In this document: positions 9,014 through 18,621 of the stretch, piece after piece | Layout: each line of letters starts with the position of its first letter | How positions within the stretch are numbered: position 1 is the first letter of the stretch | Position numbers and translations under genes: made by a program | Source of the DNA: a bacterium | GTDB taxonomy: Bacteria; Patescibacteriota; Saccharimonadia; Saccharimonadales; SZUA-47 | Direction: 5' to 3' | NCBI GenBank assembly: GCA_037138655.1 | Contig: JBAXHY010000003.1 | Location: 1 to 37,451, forward strand | DNA length: 37,451 nucleotides | Notes under the pieces: generated by a model | What the model saw: the letters and a program-made list of their open reading frames with translations, nothing else | What the model was told of the DNA's origin: nothing | The model's database searches: none

Positions 9014-10270
9014 ATGAAAGAATCATTTCCAACAATACTTACGCTTGGTCGACAACCATCTATGGGAATCGCCGAATTAGAGAGCCTTTATGGTGCCGAA
9101 AACGTTAAACCCTACGGTTCACAAGCAGCGTTTTTAAATATAGAATCCAGCAAAGTAGATTTTGCTCGTCTTGGGGGTAGTACTAGGTTATGTAAGGTGC
9201 TTGCTGAGCTTCCTGCGTCATCATGGTCTGCAGCCAGAGATTTTTTGGCTAAAACTATCCCAGATCACGAAAAATATGTCCCCGAGGGCAAATTAACTAT
9301 TGGCGTAAGCGTAATTGGCATTAAAGTAGATACTAAAGACATTGAACGTTGTTTGTTGGGAGCAAAAAAAGCCGTTAAAGCCTTGGGCAGATCGGTGCGA
9401 ATAGTTCCAAATAAAACTGCCGAATTAAATGCGGCACAAGTTATACACAACAACCTTACAGGTTCGAACGGCTGGGAGTTGGTAATTATAAGTAACGGTG
9501 CTACGGCTTTTCTTGCACAAACTGTATCTATTCAGGACATCGAAGGATACGCAGCGCGCGATCAAGCACGGCCCTACCGCGATGCCCGAGTTGGTATGTT
9601 GCCGCCAAAATTAGCTCAAACCATTATTAATCTTGCTGTTAGCAAGATTAATGATCATAGTTCTAGGCAACAGCCGACAACGCTACCAACAGAAGCTACC
9701 CAGAACTTAGAACTCAGAACTCAGAACCTTGTTTTGCTGGATCCGTTTTGTGGTACTGGTGTTTTGTTGCAAGAAGCATCACTTATGGGATTTGACGCTT
9801 ATGGAACAGATTTAGAACCAAGAATGGTTGAATATAGTATTGGAAACATGCACTGGATACGCGAAAAATTTGATGTAGCCGGAGAATCTGTCCGAATCGA
9901 ATTAGGCGATGCAACAGAACATAAATGGCAACAGCCCATAGATTTATTAGCTACCGAAACATATTTAGGTCAGGCCTATGCTAGCCTTCCGCCCCAAGAA
10001 CAATTACAAAAAAATATACGTTACGTCGACAGTTTGCATCGTAAATTTTTGTTTAATTTACAAAAACAAGTTAAAAAAGGTACACGCATTTGTTTGGCCG
10101 TACCTGCATGGTATACCAAAAGTAGCTTTTTACACTTGCCAGTCCTTGACCATTTACAGGAGTTGGGCTATAATAGAGTTAAGTTTGTTCATGTGTCTAA
10201 AGATGATCTGATTTATCACAGAGAAAACCAGATTGTTGGACGTGAACTTGTAGTATTAGTAAAGGATTAG
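9014..10270 (+). CDS. TRM11/UPF0020-family RNA methyltransferase
   Basis: GMLPPKLAQ, LDPFCGTG SAM motif; start at 9014 avoids overlap with the divergent gene. Confidence 0.8.
   Translation: MKESFPTILTLGRQPSMGIAELESLYGAENVKPYGSQAAFLNIESSKVDFARLGGSTRLCKVLAELPASSWSAARDFLAKTIPDHEKYVPEGKLTIGVSVIGIKVDTKDIERCLLGAKKAVKALGRSVRIVPNKTAELNAAQVIHNNLTGSNGWELVIISNGATAFLAQTVSIQDIEGYAARDQARPYRDARVGMLPPKLAQTIINLAVSKINDHSSRQQPTTLPTEATQNLELRTQNLVLLDPFCGTGVLLQEASLMGFDAYGTDLEPRMVEYSIGNMHWIREKFDVAGESVRIELGDATEHKWQQPIDLLATETYLGQAYASLPPQEQLQKNIRYVDSLHRKFLFNLQKQVKKGTRICLAVPAWYTKSSFLHLPVLDHLQELGYNRVKFVHVSKDDLIYHRENQIVGRELVVLVKD
9701..9728 (+). repeat. Intragenic heptamer tandem repeat (YAGAACY)x4
   Basis: cagaact tagaact cagaact cagaacc inside the methyltransferase ORF. 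Confidence 0.8.
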
Positions 10271-10276
10271 GAATAT

Positions 10277-10549
10277 ATGTCACACGTTAAAGCTGGCGGT
10301 ACCGCCAAAAATACCAGAGATAGTGCTGGTAAAAGACTTGGAATCAAACGCAGCGGCGGTCAAAAAGTTACTGTTGGACAGATAATTTTTAGACAAGTTG
10401 GAATGACTAAATTAGCAGGAAAAGGCACAAGCCTTAGCCGTAATTACACCATTCACGCAGCTAAAGACGGAATTGTTACTTTTGTTCAAAGAAGCAAAAA
10501 GACATACACTGGTAAAACAGTTCGTCGCACAGAAGTTCAAGTTATTTAA
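10277..10549 (+). CDS. rpmA: 50S ribosomal protein bL27
   Basis: MSHVKAGGTAKNTRDSAGKRLGIK...IIFRQ; SD-like AGGA upstream. Confidence 0.96.
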   Translation: MSHVKAGGTAKNTRDSAGKRLGIKRSGGQKVTVGQIIFRQVGMTKLAGKGTSLSRNYTIHAAKDGIVTFVQRSKKTYTGKTVRRTEVQVI

Positions 10550-10564
10550 ATCATCTTGATTATT

Positions 10565-10596
10565 AAAAAAACCGCTCTTATACGAGCGGTTTTTTT
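10565..10596 (+). terminator. Intrinsic terminator after rpmA (potentially bidirectional)
   Basis: AAAAAAACCGCTC-TTATAC-GAGCGGTTTTTTT. Confidence 0.9.
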
Positions 10597-10627
10597 GTAT
10601 GCAGTAATATTTTTACGCCTGTAAATT

Positions 10628-10655
10628 AATAATCACCCCTTTTGGAGTGATTATT
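10628..10655 (-). terminator. Probable terminator of the pyrG-receiver transcript
   Basis: Minus strand AATAATCACTCC-AAAA-GGGGTGATTATT followed by AATTT. Confidence 0.65.
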
Positions 10656-10673
10656 TTTAGTTTTAAATAAAAC

Positions 10674-11090
10674 TTAGGCTAGAGGTGTCATGCCGAGGTG
10701 CTGACGTACTTTTTCTACTACGTCGGCAATAACTACCTGTGATTTTACTAAGTAATCGTCTACGTGAAGATCTATTGCTCGTTGCTTGTCAGTGTCTTGG
10801 CTGAGTGCTGTTAGCATAATAACCTTCATGTTTGATGTTTCTGGTGTGTTTCGTAAAATATCTAACACGTCAAAACCACTAACTTTTGGCATCATAACGT
10901 CTAACAAAATAATATCTGGTCTGAATGATAAAGCTGATGATAATGCTTCTTCGCCATTTGGTACACGCTTAACTTCGAAGTCTTCTGCATCAAAACGTGT
11001 AATATATACACTTGCTAACGCGTCGTCGTCTTCTACTAATAAAACTTTTTTGTGCAAACTTGGCGTTGGCTGTATAACTTGTGGATCCAT
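10674..11090 (-). CDS. Single-domain response regulator, canonical
   Basis: LLVEDD, phosphoacceptor in LLDVMMP, LTAL, YLVK. Confidence 0.92.
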   Translation of the reverse strand: MDPQVIQPTPSLHKKVLLVEDDDALASVYITRFDAEDFEVKRVPNGEEALSSALSFRPDIILLDVMMPKVSGFDVLDILRNTPETSNMKVIMLTALSQDTDKQRAIDLHVDDYLVKSQVVIADVVEKVRQHLGMTPLA

Positions 11091-11109
11091 AATACTTCTT
11101 ATCCTAAAC

Positions 11110-12723
11110 TTATTTTGTTACTGCGTCAATAAAACCTATGAACATTGGGTGTGGAACATTTGGTCTTGATTTTAATTCTGGGTGCGCTTGGCTTGCTAAA
11201 ACAAATGGATGGTCGATAGCTTCTATCATCTCTACTAACGTTCCGTCTGGCGACATACCGCTTGCTTTAAGACCCCAAGATTCGTACTGATCAACGTAAT
11301 CGTTATTGCATTCGTAGCGATGTCTATGGCGTTCTGTGATGTCGGTAGTGTTATAAACTTTATGGGCTAGCGTTCCGGCCTTTAATACGCATGGGTAGTT
11401 ACCAAGACGCATAGTTCCGCCTGTGTTTTCTTTGCCTTTTTGGTCGTTCATTGTGTGAATAACTGGGTTTGCTGTATTTGGATCGAGTTCTATAGAATTA
11501 GCATCTAAAATTCCACTGTTTCGTGCAGCGGCAATAACCACCATTTGAAGTCCAAGACATAATCCAAGATAAGGTATTTTGTTTTTTAGCGCATACTGCG
11601 CTACGCGTATTTTACCTTCTAGCGCTCGTTGACCAAAGCCACCAGGAACAACTATTCCGTATAGTCCATTTAGTGCATTTTTAACGTCAGTATCATTTGC
11701 TTTATCTAATTTTTCTGCGTCTACCCATGTAATTTCTATTTGCTTATCGCGCGCCCATGCAGCACTTTTTAGTGCTTCAAAAACAGACATGTAAGTATCT
11801 TGATTGTTAAGATATTTTGCTACAATACCTATTTTAAGAACTGGTGCGTTTTTGTTATTAGCTTTTTTTACAATTGTAGACCATTCTGACAAATCAACTT
11901 CTTTTGCATCTAACTGTAGTCTGTCAATTAGTACCTTGCCAATTCCTCGTTCTTCTAGGGTTAATGGAACCTGATAAATAGTACTAGCGTTTGGTAATAG
12001 TACTATTGCTTTTGTGTCTACGCCGCTAAATAATCCTAGTTTATCAATCACGCTTTGTGGCGCTTCGTTTTCGCTTCTGGCTACAAGTACGTCAGGAACA
12101 ATTCCAAGGCCTCTAAGCTCGCGTACGGCGTTCTGAGCAGGCTTTGTTTTAAGCTCGCCACTTGCACCTAGGTAAGGTAAATATACTACGTGTACGTATG
12201 CGCAGTTTTGCGGCCCTACTTTCATTCCAAGTTCGCGAATTGCTTCTATAAAACTTAAACCTTCATAGTCGCCAACTGTTCCACCGACTTCGATAATATG
12301 AACATCAAACCCTTTTGCAGTATTTTGAATATTGTCGATAATTGCAGATGTAACGTGAGGTATTATTTGAACAGTTTTACCCAAGTACTTGCCTGCTCGT
12401 TCGTCTTCGATAACTTTAAGTAAAATTTTTCCACTCATTAAGCTACTTTTATTTGTAAGCTCTATGTCTAAAAATCTTTCGTAGTGCCCTAAATCAAGGT
12501 CAGTTTCGGCACCGTCGGCTGTCACAAAACATTCGCCGTGTTCTGCAGGATTAAGTGTTCCGGCATCAACATTAAGATAAGGATCACATTTTTGAATGTT
12601 TACAGTTAAGCCTCGGGCTTTAAGGATGTTACCAATCGAAGCGGCCGTGATACCCTTGCCGACCCCCGAAAGGACACCGCCAGTGACAAACACAAATTTA
12701 GGAGCTTTTTGCTCTTTTACCAC
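11110..12723 (-). CDS. pyrG: CTP synthase
   Basis: TGGVLSGVGKG, DPYLNVDAGT, KTKPAQ, GLCLGLQ, ERHRHRYE, HPE. Confidence 0.98.
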   Translation of the reverse strand: MVKEQKAPKFVFVTGGVLSGVGKGITAASIGNILKARGLTVNIQKCDPYLNVDAGTLNPAEHGECFVTADGAETDLDLGHYERFLDIELTNKSSLMSGKILLKVIEDERAGKYLGKTVQIIPHVTSAIIDNIQNTAKGFDVHIIEVGGTVGDYEGLSFIEAIRELGMKVGPQNCAYVHVVYLPYLGASGELKTKPAQNAVRELRGLGIVPDVLVARSENEAPQSVIDKLGLFSGVDTKAIVLLPNASTIYQVPLTLEERGIGKVLIDRLQLDAKEVDLSEWSTIVKKANNKNAPVLKIGIVAKYLNNQDTYMSVFEALKSAAWARDKQIEITWVDAEKLDKANDTDVKNALNGLYGIVVPGGFGQRALEGKIRVAQYALKNKIPYLGLCLGLQMVVIAAARNSGILDANSIELDPNTANPVIHTMNDQKGKENTGGTMRLGNYPCVLKAGTLAHKVYNTTDITERHRHRYECNNDYVDQYESWGLKASGMSPDGTLVEMIEAIDHPFVLASQAHPELKSRPNVPHPMFIGFIDAVTK

Positions 12724-12785
12724 TACAAATACCTCTTACCCACTATTAGGTTATATATTACCGTAAACTTATGCCCTGTCGCAAG

Positions 12786-13997
12786 TTATTTTAAGAAGTT
12801 TGTTGCGGCTTGTTTTTGAGGATCAAGTTTGTTCTTTATATCATCTTCACTAATTTTAACTTCTTTATCTGGCGATATTCCTTCTTTGTCGATGTTTTTA
12901 TCGTTTGGCGTATACCATCTTGCTATTGTAACTTTAAGTGTTCCACCGCCGTCAAGTTGCAAAATTTGCTGTACGCTACCTTTTCCGTATGATTTTGTAC
13001 CCATTAAAGTCGCTACACCATTGTCGTGTAACGCACCTGCAGTAATTTCGCTTGCACTTGCGCTTCCTTCGTTAATAAGTACTACTGTTTTAATGCCTTT
13101 TAGAGTTGGGACACCGGTTGCTTTATAGGTTTTTTCTATTTTGCCACCGCGTTTTTCTAGTAAAATAGTTTTTCCATTATCTAGCCACAGACTGCTTAAT
13201 TTAACAGCACTGTCTAACAATCCTCCTGGATCGCTACGCATGTCCAAAACTACGCCCCTTACACCTGCATTTTTAAATTCATCTGCGGCCTGAAGCGCTA
13301 GCGTTGGAGTGTCGTCGCTGAATCTACTAACAGTTAAATAACCTATGCCGTCTTTTATTTCCCATTTAACACTAGGAATACTGATTTTTCCTCTTGTTAT
13401 TGTAGTTTCTACTTTATTTCCGTCTCTGGCTAAAGTTAATTTAACGTCTGTTCCGGCTTTACCACGAATAAGTTTTACCGCTTCGCTGATAGTAATATCT
13501 GATGCAGATTTTTCGTCTATTTTAACTAAAATATCTTTGGGTTTTATACCTGCTTTTTCTGCTGGGCTACCAGCAATTGGCGAAATTATTACAATATTTG
13601 CGCCTTCTTTACCTAACTCTGCACCGATTCCTTCAAAGCTGCCGCTAAGTTCTTCCTGAAAAGATTTTGAATCTTCGATATTAAAATATTCTGTGTATGG
13701 GTCTCCGGATGCTTTAGCTATTCCGCTTTTAATTCCGTCCAAAATCTTTTGGTCTTCGATTTTTCCATCGTAATTATTTTTTAACAAATCTTGGATTTCT
13801 TGAACGCTCGTATAATCGATATTTGAAGAGTTAGAAACATTGCCTTTTTTAATGTTAGATAGATTTATTTTTCCTCCACCAAAAGCCCAACCACTAGCAA
13901 ACAACATCACAGAAGCAACGACCGCTATTCCGTAATAAGTATTAATTTTTGTTGGTTTTACAGGTTGCTGAACTGGATTTTTCTGTTTTTCTTCCAC
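12786..13997 (-). CDS. S41 family C-terminal processing protease with PDZ domain
   Basis: N-terminal TM, DPYTEY, GIGAEL, DMRSDPGGLL, SASASEI, GKGSVQ. Confidence 0.94.
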   Translation of the reverse strand: MEEKQKNPVQQPVKPTKINTYYGIAVVASVMLFASGWAFGGGKINLSNIKKGNVSNSSNIDYTSVQEIQDLLKNNYDGKIEDQKILDGIKSGIAKASGDPYTEYFNIEDSKSFQEELSGSFEGIGAELGKEGANIVIISPIAGSPAEKAGIKPKDILVKIDEKSASDITISEAVKLIRGKAGTDVKLTLARDGNKVETTITRGKISIPSVKWEIKDGIGYLTVSRFSDDTPTLALQAADEFKNAGVRGVVLDMRSDPGGLLDSAVKLSSLWLDNGKTILLEKRGGKIEKTYKATGVPTLKGIKTVVLINEGSASASEITAGALHDNGVATLMGTKSYGKGSVQQILQLDGGGTLKVTIARWYTPNDKNIDKEGISPDKEVKISEDDIKNKLDPQKQAATNFLK

Positions 13998-14069
13998 TAA
14001 AATATTCCCTCTGATTGATTATTGTACTTGTAATTATTATACGCTACGGCTTAGCACAAATTATTTCAA

Positions 14070-15179
14070 TTAAGGAAAACGTATGTATTTATTAAAGAAA
14101 TATACAGACACTGTTGCTTCGCTATATTCACCAGATACTTGTGCGTTATACTGACTTATTCTCATAGTTCCGTCGCCGTACACGGTCTCTACATAAGCAA
14201 CGTGACCAAAACCACCACCTGTAGCTACACCAACATCCCCTGCTCTTGGACTATTAAACTGCCATGAAGCCGGTGCTGCATACACCCAGTTTTTTGCGTT
14301 TCCGTAATACATTGGTGCCTGATGACCCGAACGTTCGACTGCCCATGCCGCGTAACTAACACATTGTCTTGTACAATAGCCCCATCTGTCTGGACCTTCA
14401 CCCGGACCACAGCCGTAAGGAATCATACTAAATGCGTAATCGTTATACGGGTAACCACCGTTATTGCCATTACCTCGTTCTAGCTGAATTTGAGCAAATA
14501 GTGCTTTGTTAACTTCGGCTTGCTGAGATTTTAAGGAACTAACCATTGATCTATATCGCGCTTCGTCACCTTGAGTTTGTTCTAATAATCCTACACGTTC
14601 ACTACGGCTTGCAGCAACCGCATCTTTTTGTGCTTGTTGAATTTTTAACAGTTCTTCTTGTTCGTCTTGCTGTGATTGAATTTGTTGTTTTAACAAAATT
14701 ACTTTTTCGGTTGATTTTTGGATTGCCGATTTTAGCCTTGTTAAGTATTCTTGACTGTCAATAAACTGAGAAAAACTATCGCTGCCAATTAACAGTTCTA
14801 CTGACGATGCACCGCCCTTTTTGTACAGTGCCACCATGCTGTCTTTAAGCAGGTCTTTTTGTTTATCTAGTTCTGCTTGTGTTGCGTCCAAATTTGCCTG
14901 CAGTTCGGCAATTTTAAGAGTTGTTTGAGCAATTTGATTATTAGCTTGTTCGATTTGAATATCTAATGCAGCGACTGCTTTTTTTAAGTTATCTGCCTGA
15001 GCCGATAGTTCTTTAGCTTTTGCATTGCCGTCATTAATTTGTGCTTGCAGAGCCTTTACTTGAGCCGACAGTTCGGTAGAACTTATTGCGTTTGTGTTAC
15101 TATTTAAAAACCCAAAAAAAAGTATAGGTATAATTAAAAACGAAGATAATTTTTGTCTTAGACGTAGAGTCTTATTCAC
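14070..15179 (-). CDS. Secreted coiled-coil + CHAP peptidoglycan hydrolase (PcsB/CwlO-like)
   Basis: Signal peptide, long coiled coil, QCVSYA and GHVAYVE CHAP motifs; near ftsEX. Confidence 0.9.
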   Translation of the reverse strand: MNKTLRLRQKLSSFLIIPILFFGFLNSNTNAISSTELSAQVKALQAQINDGNAKAKELSAQADNLKKAVAALDIQIEQANNQIAQTTLKIAELQANLDATQAELDKQKDLLKDSMVALYKKGGASSVELLIGSDSFSQFIDSQEYLTRLKSAIQKSTEKVILLKQQIQSQQDEQEELLKIQQAQKDAVAASRSERVGLLEQTQGDEARYRSMVSSLKSQQAEVNKALFAQIQLERGNGNNGGYPYNDYAFSMIPYGCGPGEGPDRWGYCTRQCVSYAAWAVERSGHQAPMYYGNAKNWVYAAPASWQFNSPRAGDVGVATGGGFGHVAYVETVYGDGTMRISQYNAQVSGEYSEATVSVYFFNKYIRFP

Positions 15180-15228
15180 CTATTTATTATAACATAAGCG
15201 CACGGTAACATTTTTTGATAACAATATA

Positions 15229-15837
15229 CTATTGTTGAGTATTAGCAGCTATTAAAGCCTGGCTAATCGTATGTTCTAATTCGACTGGGTTAATATCTGC
15301 TTCAGAAAAAATTTCGGTAGTAGTATCGTACGATTCGTTTTCTATATTACTTATTAATGGCACCATTTCGTCGCTAAATTTTTTATTCATAATATTGTTA
15401 ACTTCTTCAGTTACAACATCATCCTTATAATTACGGGCTTTTAACCCCTGCGTAAATAATCCTCTTAAAACATCAAACTCAGCATTTAAATCATCTACAG
15501 GTTTGTATGTTTCGCTACTAGTACTTTTTGAAGAAGTAGTTTGAACAATTTTAAAAAACTTACCAGTATATACATCCAAATTGTAAGAAGTTTGTTTTAG
15601 TACAGCATCAGAACTTGAACCTTCGTCAAAAGTAACTGAATACGAACGATAATTGTTTCCTTCAGGAAAATGAAGAGTATCTTGCCAAGGACTTTCGATA
15701 GTATAAACACTGCCGTCAGGGTGCATGTACGAATCCGACCTGTCGTCCGAAAGAGCGTATAATTTTGCAAGATTTTTTAAGTCGTGCTTAAGGCTTACAA
15801 GTGGATCTTTAAGATGTTCGTTCGAATCGTGAATCAT
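15229..15837 (-). CDS. Hypothetical acidic protein (orphan)
   Basis: 202-aa ORF between ftsX and the CHAP gene with its own promoter. Confidence 0.65.
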   Translation of the reverse strand: MIHDSNEHLKDPLVSLKHDLKNLAKLYALSDDRSDSYMHPDGSVYTIESPWQDTLHFPEGNNYRSYSVTFDEGSSSDAVLKQTSYNLDVYTGKFFKIVQTTSSKSTSSETYKPVDDLNAEFDVLRGLFTQGLKARNYKDDVVTEEVNNIMNKKFSDEMVPLISNIENESYDTTTEIFSEADINPVELEHTISQALIAANTQQ

Positions 15838-15843
15838 ACAAAT

Positions 15844-15872
15844 ATTATAGCATAAACGATATAAATATGCAA
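15844..15872 (-). promoter_or_regulatory. Sigma70-type promoter with extended -10, likely leaderless
   Basis: TTGCAT-17 nt-TATAAT (preceded by TGC)-6 nt-ATG (15837). Confidence 0.7.
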
Positions 15873-15889
15873 TATTAGGGTTTAGTTAC

Positions 15890-16837
15890 CTACCAGTGTT
15901 TAAGTTTTAGGTGTTTGTGCATTGCAAGAAGAGACGAAACAATTCCTACAATTATTCCTAAAAATACAGATGCAAACAACAAAAGAATCATCATGCCCGT
16001 GCTAGTAAAAAAGTTATAGCTTTGCGCAAATTCTGCTTGATTTTGTAGTTTAGGACCTAGGCTTAAAATTGCAGTATATACAGATACATTAGCTAAAATA
16101 CCGGCAATTATGCCGTACATGCACGATTCAACTAAAAATGGACCTCTGATGTAGTTTGGCGTAGCACCTATTAGCTTCATTATTCTTATTTCTTCACCTC
16201 TAGTAAAAATCGCCATACGTATTGTGTTAAAAATAATTAATACCGATACCGCGGCAAATAATACTGCGGCAAAAATACTACCTCGCACTATATATTTTTG
16301 AGCACTAGTTGCACGTTCGATAGTTTCTTTTGCAACGTCATTTTTACCCACCGACACATCGTCTACAGCATCTTTATAGCCATCTTCTTTTGCCACCTTT
16401 ACTACTGCTCCACTTTTAGATAAATCTGTTAAAGAAACTTCGAGTGATTCTGGTAAAGTTGTGTTGCCAGTTAGTGCAAGAGCTTGTTCTATAAATACTT
16501 TGTCGCCTTCTGACACATTTGTTTTGAATCTTCGTTCGGCCTCTCGACGATCCACATAAGCTACGTCGTCTACGCCTTGTTCGGCTTTTAGCCTACTCAT
16601 TATAATAGTGCGTCTTGGTTCTGATACGTCGTCTTTAAGGTAAACGGTAACTTTGATTTTTTTGCTTAGTTCTTTTACTGCATTACGGGCAGTAACATTA
16701 AGTACTACGGCAGAAAGTATTATAGTTAACGCTACCATCATAACTGCTGTTGCAGCAATAGATAACCAGGCGTTTCTTATAAAGTTATTGCCTCCTGATC
16801 GTATTATTCTTAAAAGACTAATTAGTTTTCTTTTCAT
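15890..16837 (-). CDS. ftsX: Cell division permease FtsX
   Basis: RNAWLS, extracytoplasmic domain, NTIRMAIFTRGEEIRIMKLIGAT..IRGPF. Confidence 0.95.
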   Translation of the reverse strand: MKRKLISLLRIIRSGGNNFIRNAWLSIAATAVMMVALTIILSAVVLNVTARNAVKELSKKIKVTVYLKDDVSEPRRTIIMSRLKAEQGVDDVAYVDRREAERRFKTNVSEGDKVFIEQALALTGNTTLPESLEVSLTDLSKSGAVVKVAKEDGYKDAVDDVSVGKNDVAKETIERATSAQKYIVRGSIFAAVLFAAVSVLIIFNTIRMAIFTRGEEIRIMKLIGATPNYIRGPFLVESCMYGIIAGILANVSVYTAILSLGPKLQNQAEFAQSYNFFTSTGMMILLLFASVFLGIIVGIVSSLLAMHKHLKLKHW

Positions 16838-17511
16838 TTATAACTGCCGCCAGATTTGTCGGACACTATGTGGCCATCTGTTATAGTAATAACTCTACGT
16901 TTTAACTTATTTACGATTTCTTGGTTATGGGTAGTTAAAAGAACCGTTGTTCCGTAATGATTAATTTTTTCTAATACTCTAATTACATCCCATGCGTGCT
17001 TAGGGTCAAGGTTGCCAGTAGGTTCGTCTGCAATAAGAATTTTAGGCTGCCGTACGACTGCTCTTGCTATTGCTACACGTTGTCTTTCTCCACCAGATAA
17101 TTCGCCTGGGTAATTATCTGCCTTGCCTTTTAGGCCAACTAAATCAAGCACTTTAGGCACAGTGTGTCTGATTTCTTTATTAGATAATCCTACAATTTCT
17201 AGTGCAAATGCTACGTTTTCGAATACGGTTTTACCTGGTAGTAATTTAAAGTCCTGAAACACAACTCCGATTTTTCTTCGTAAAAAAGGGATATCTTTGT
17301 CTTTTAGCCGTTCGTAGTCTATTCCTCCAACAATAATCTTGCCACTAGTCGGCTTTTCTTCTCTGGTTAGCAGTTTAAGTAGTGTACTTTTGCCCGCACC
17401 GCTGGTTCCTACAATAATAACAAATTCTTTAGGCTCAACATGAAGACTAATGCGTTCTAGCGCAATTCCCTTTTTGTTATAGCTTTTGCTAACTCGATCT
17501 AAAAGTATCAC
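16834..17511 (-). CDS. ftsE: Cell division ATP-binding protein FtsE
   Basis: GTSGAGKST, RRKIGVVFQDFKLL, LSGGERQR, ADEPTGNLD; overlaps ftsX. Confidence 0.96.
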   Translation of the reverse strand: MILLDRVSKSYNKKGIALERISLHVEPKEFVIIVGTSGAGKSTLLKLLTREEKPTSGKIIVGGIDYERLKDKDIPFLRRKIGVVFQDFKLLPGKTVFENVAFALEIVGLSNKEIRHTVPKVLDLVGLKGKADNYPGELSGGERQRVAIARAVVRQPKILIADEPTGNLDPKHAWDVIRVLEKINHYGTTVLLTTHNQEIVNKLKRRVITITDGHIVSDKSGGSYK

Positions 17512-17526
17512 GTTATAAGTATAGCA

Positions 17527-18612
17527 CTACTGCTTAGTTGACTCTAAATACGCGGTTATAAATTCGTCTAATTTACCGTCTAAAACTGCATCGGTGTCGC
17601 TAGTTTCGAAAGAACTGCGCAAATCTTTTACCATTTTATAAGGGTGTAGTACATAATTTCTGATCTGATTACCCCATGCAGCTTCTTCGTTTGGACCTCT
17701 AAGTTCAGATATTTTTTCTTTGTGCTGTTCGGTTGCAAGTGCCGCAAGCTTTGAGCGTAAAATAGTCATTGCTGTTTCTTTATTTTGTAACTGCGATCTT
17801 TCGTTCTGAATTGCTACAACAATATTAGTTGGCGTGTGGGTAATTCTTACGGCAGAATCAGTAGTATTTACACTTTGGCCACCCTTTCCACCACTTCTGT
17901 AAACATCTATTTTTAAGTCTTTTTCGTCAATTTCTAGATCGGTACTTTGGTCAATTTTAGGCATAATTTCGACACGCGCAAAACTTGTTTGTCTTAATGA
18001 ATCTGCATTAAATGGACTTAACCTTACAAGCCTGTGTACTCCATGTTCACCCCTTAATTTTCCGTACAAATAAGATCCTCCCGATAAACTCATAGTGACG
18101 CTTTTTATTCCTGCTTCGTCGCCTGGTGATTCGTCTAATATGGCTGTTTTGATATCGTGCGATTCGCAGTAGCGAATATACATGCGCAGCAACATTCCAG
18201 CCCAATCCTGTGCGTCGGTACCTCCCGCGCCAGCTAAAATTCTTAAAATTACGTCGTTGTTATCGTAAACTCCGTTAAATTCTAGATCTCTTTTAGCTTC
18301 TAAAAAGTTTTTATTAACTTCGTCGAACTGTTTTTTTATGTCTGGTATTAAAGAACTGTCGTCTAGTTCTATAAGCTCAATAATTTCTATTATTTTATCG
18401 TCTAATAGTGTCCAAAAATCTAAAGTTTTTTTTAGTACTGATTGTTTTTTTGATATTTCTTGAGCTTTTGACACGTCTGACCAAAATATTGGATCATTCA
18501 TTAAGTCTTCGTAGTCTTTTAGTTCGTTTTGAAATTTAGTTATTGGTACTTTTAGCTTAGTCTTAGATACCAAGTTTTTAAGTTGTTCGACTGATTTATT
18601 TAAGTCTTCCAC
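17527..18612 (-). CDS. prfB: Peptide chain release factor 2 (continuous ORF)
   Basis: GAGGTDAQDW, SPF anticodon-mimic, GGQ motif, WGNQIRNYVLHPY. Confidence 0.96.
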   Translation of the reverse strand: MEDLNKSVEQLKNLVSKTKLKVPITKFQNELKDYEDLMNDPIFWSDVSKAQEISKKQSVLKKTLDFWTLLDDKIIEIIELIELDDSSLIPDIKKQFDEVNKNFLEAKRDLEFNGVYDNNDVILRILAGAGGTDAQDWAGMLLRMYIRYCESHDIKTAILDESPGDEAGIKSVTMSLSGGSYLYGKLRGEHGVHRLVRLSPFNADSLRQTSFARVEIMPKIDQSTDLEIDEKDLKIDVYRSGGKGGQSVNTTDSAVRITHTPTNIVVAIQNERSQLQNKETAMTILRSKLAALATEQHKEKISELRGPNEEAAWGNQIRNYVLHPYKMVKDLRSSFETSDTDAVLDGKLDEFITAYLESTKQ

Positions 18613-18621
18613 GTTATGTGA

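Noticed and set aside
10550-10673. tRNA or sRNA in the rpmA-receiver spacer
   Set aside because: The two hairpins are explained as terminators of convergent genes; no cloverleaf or T-loop motif.
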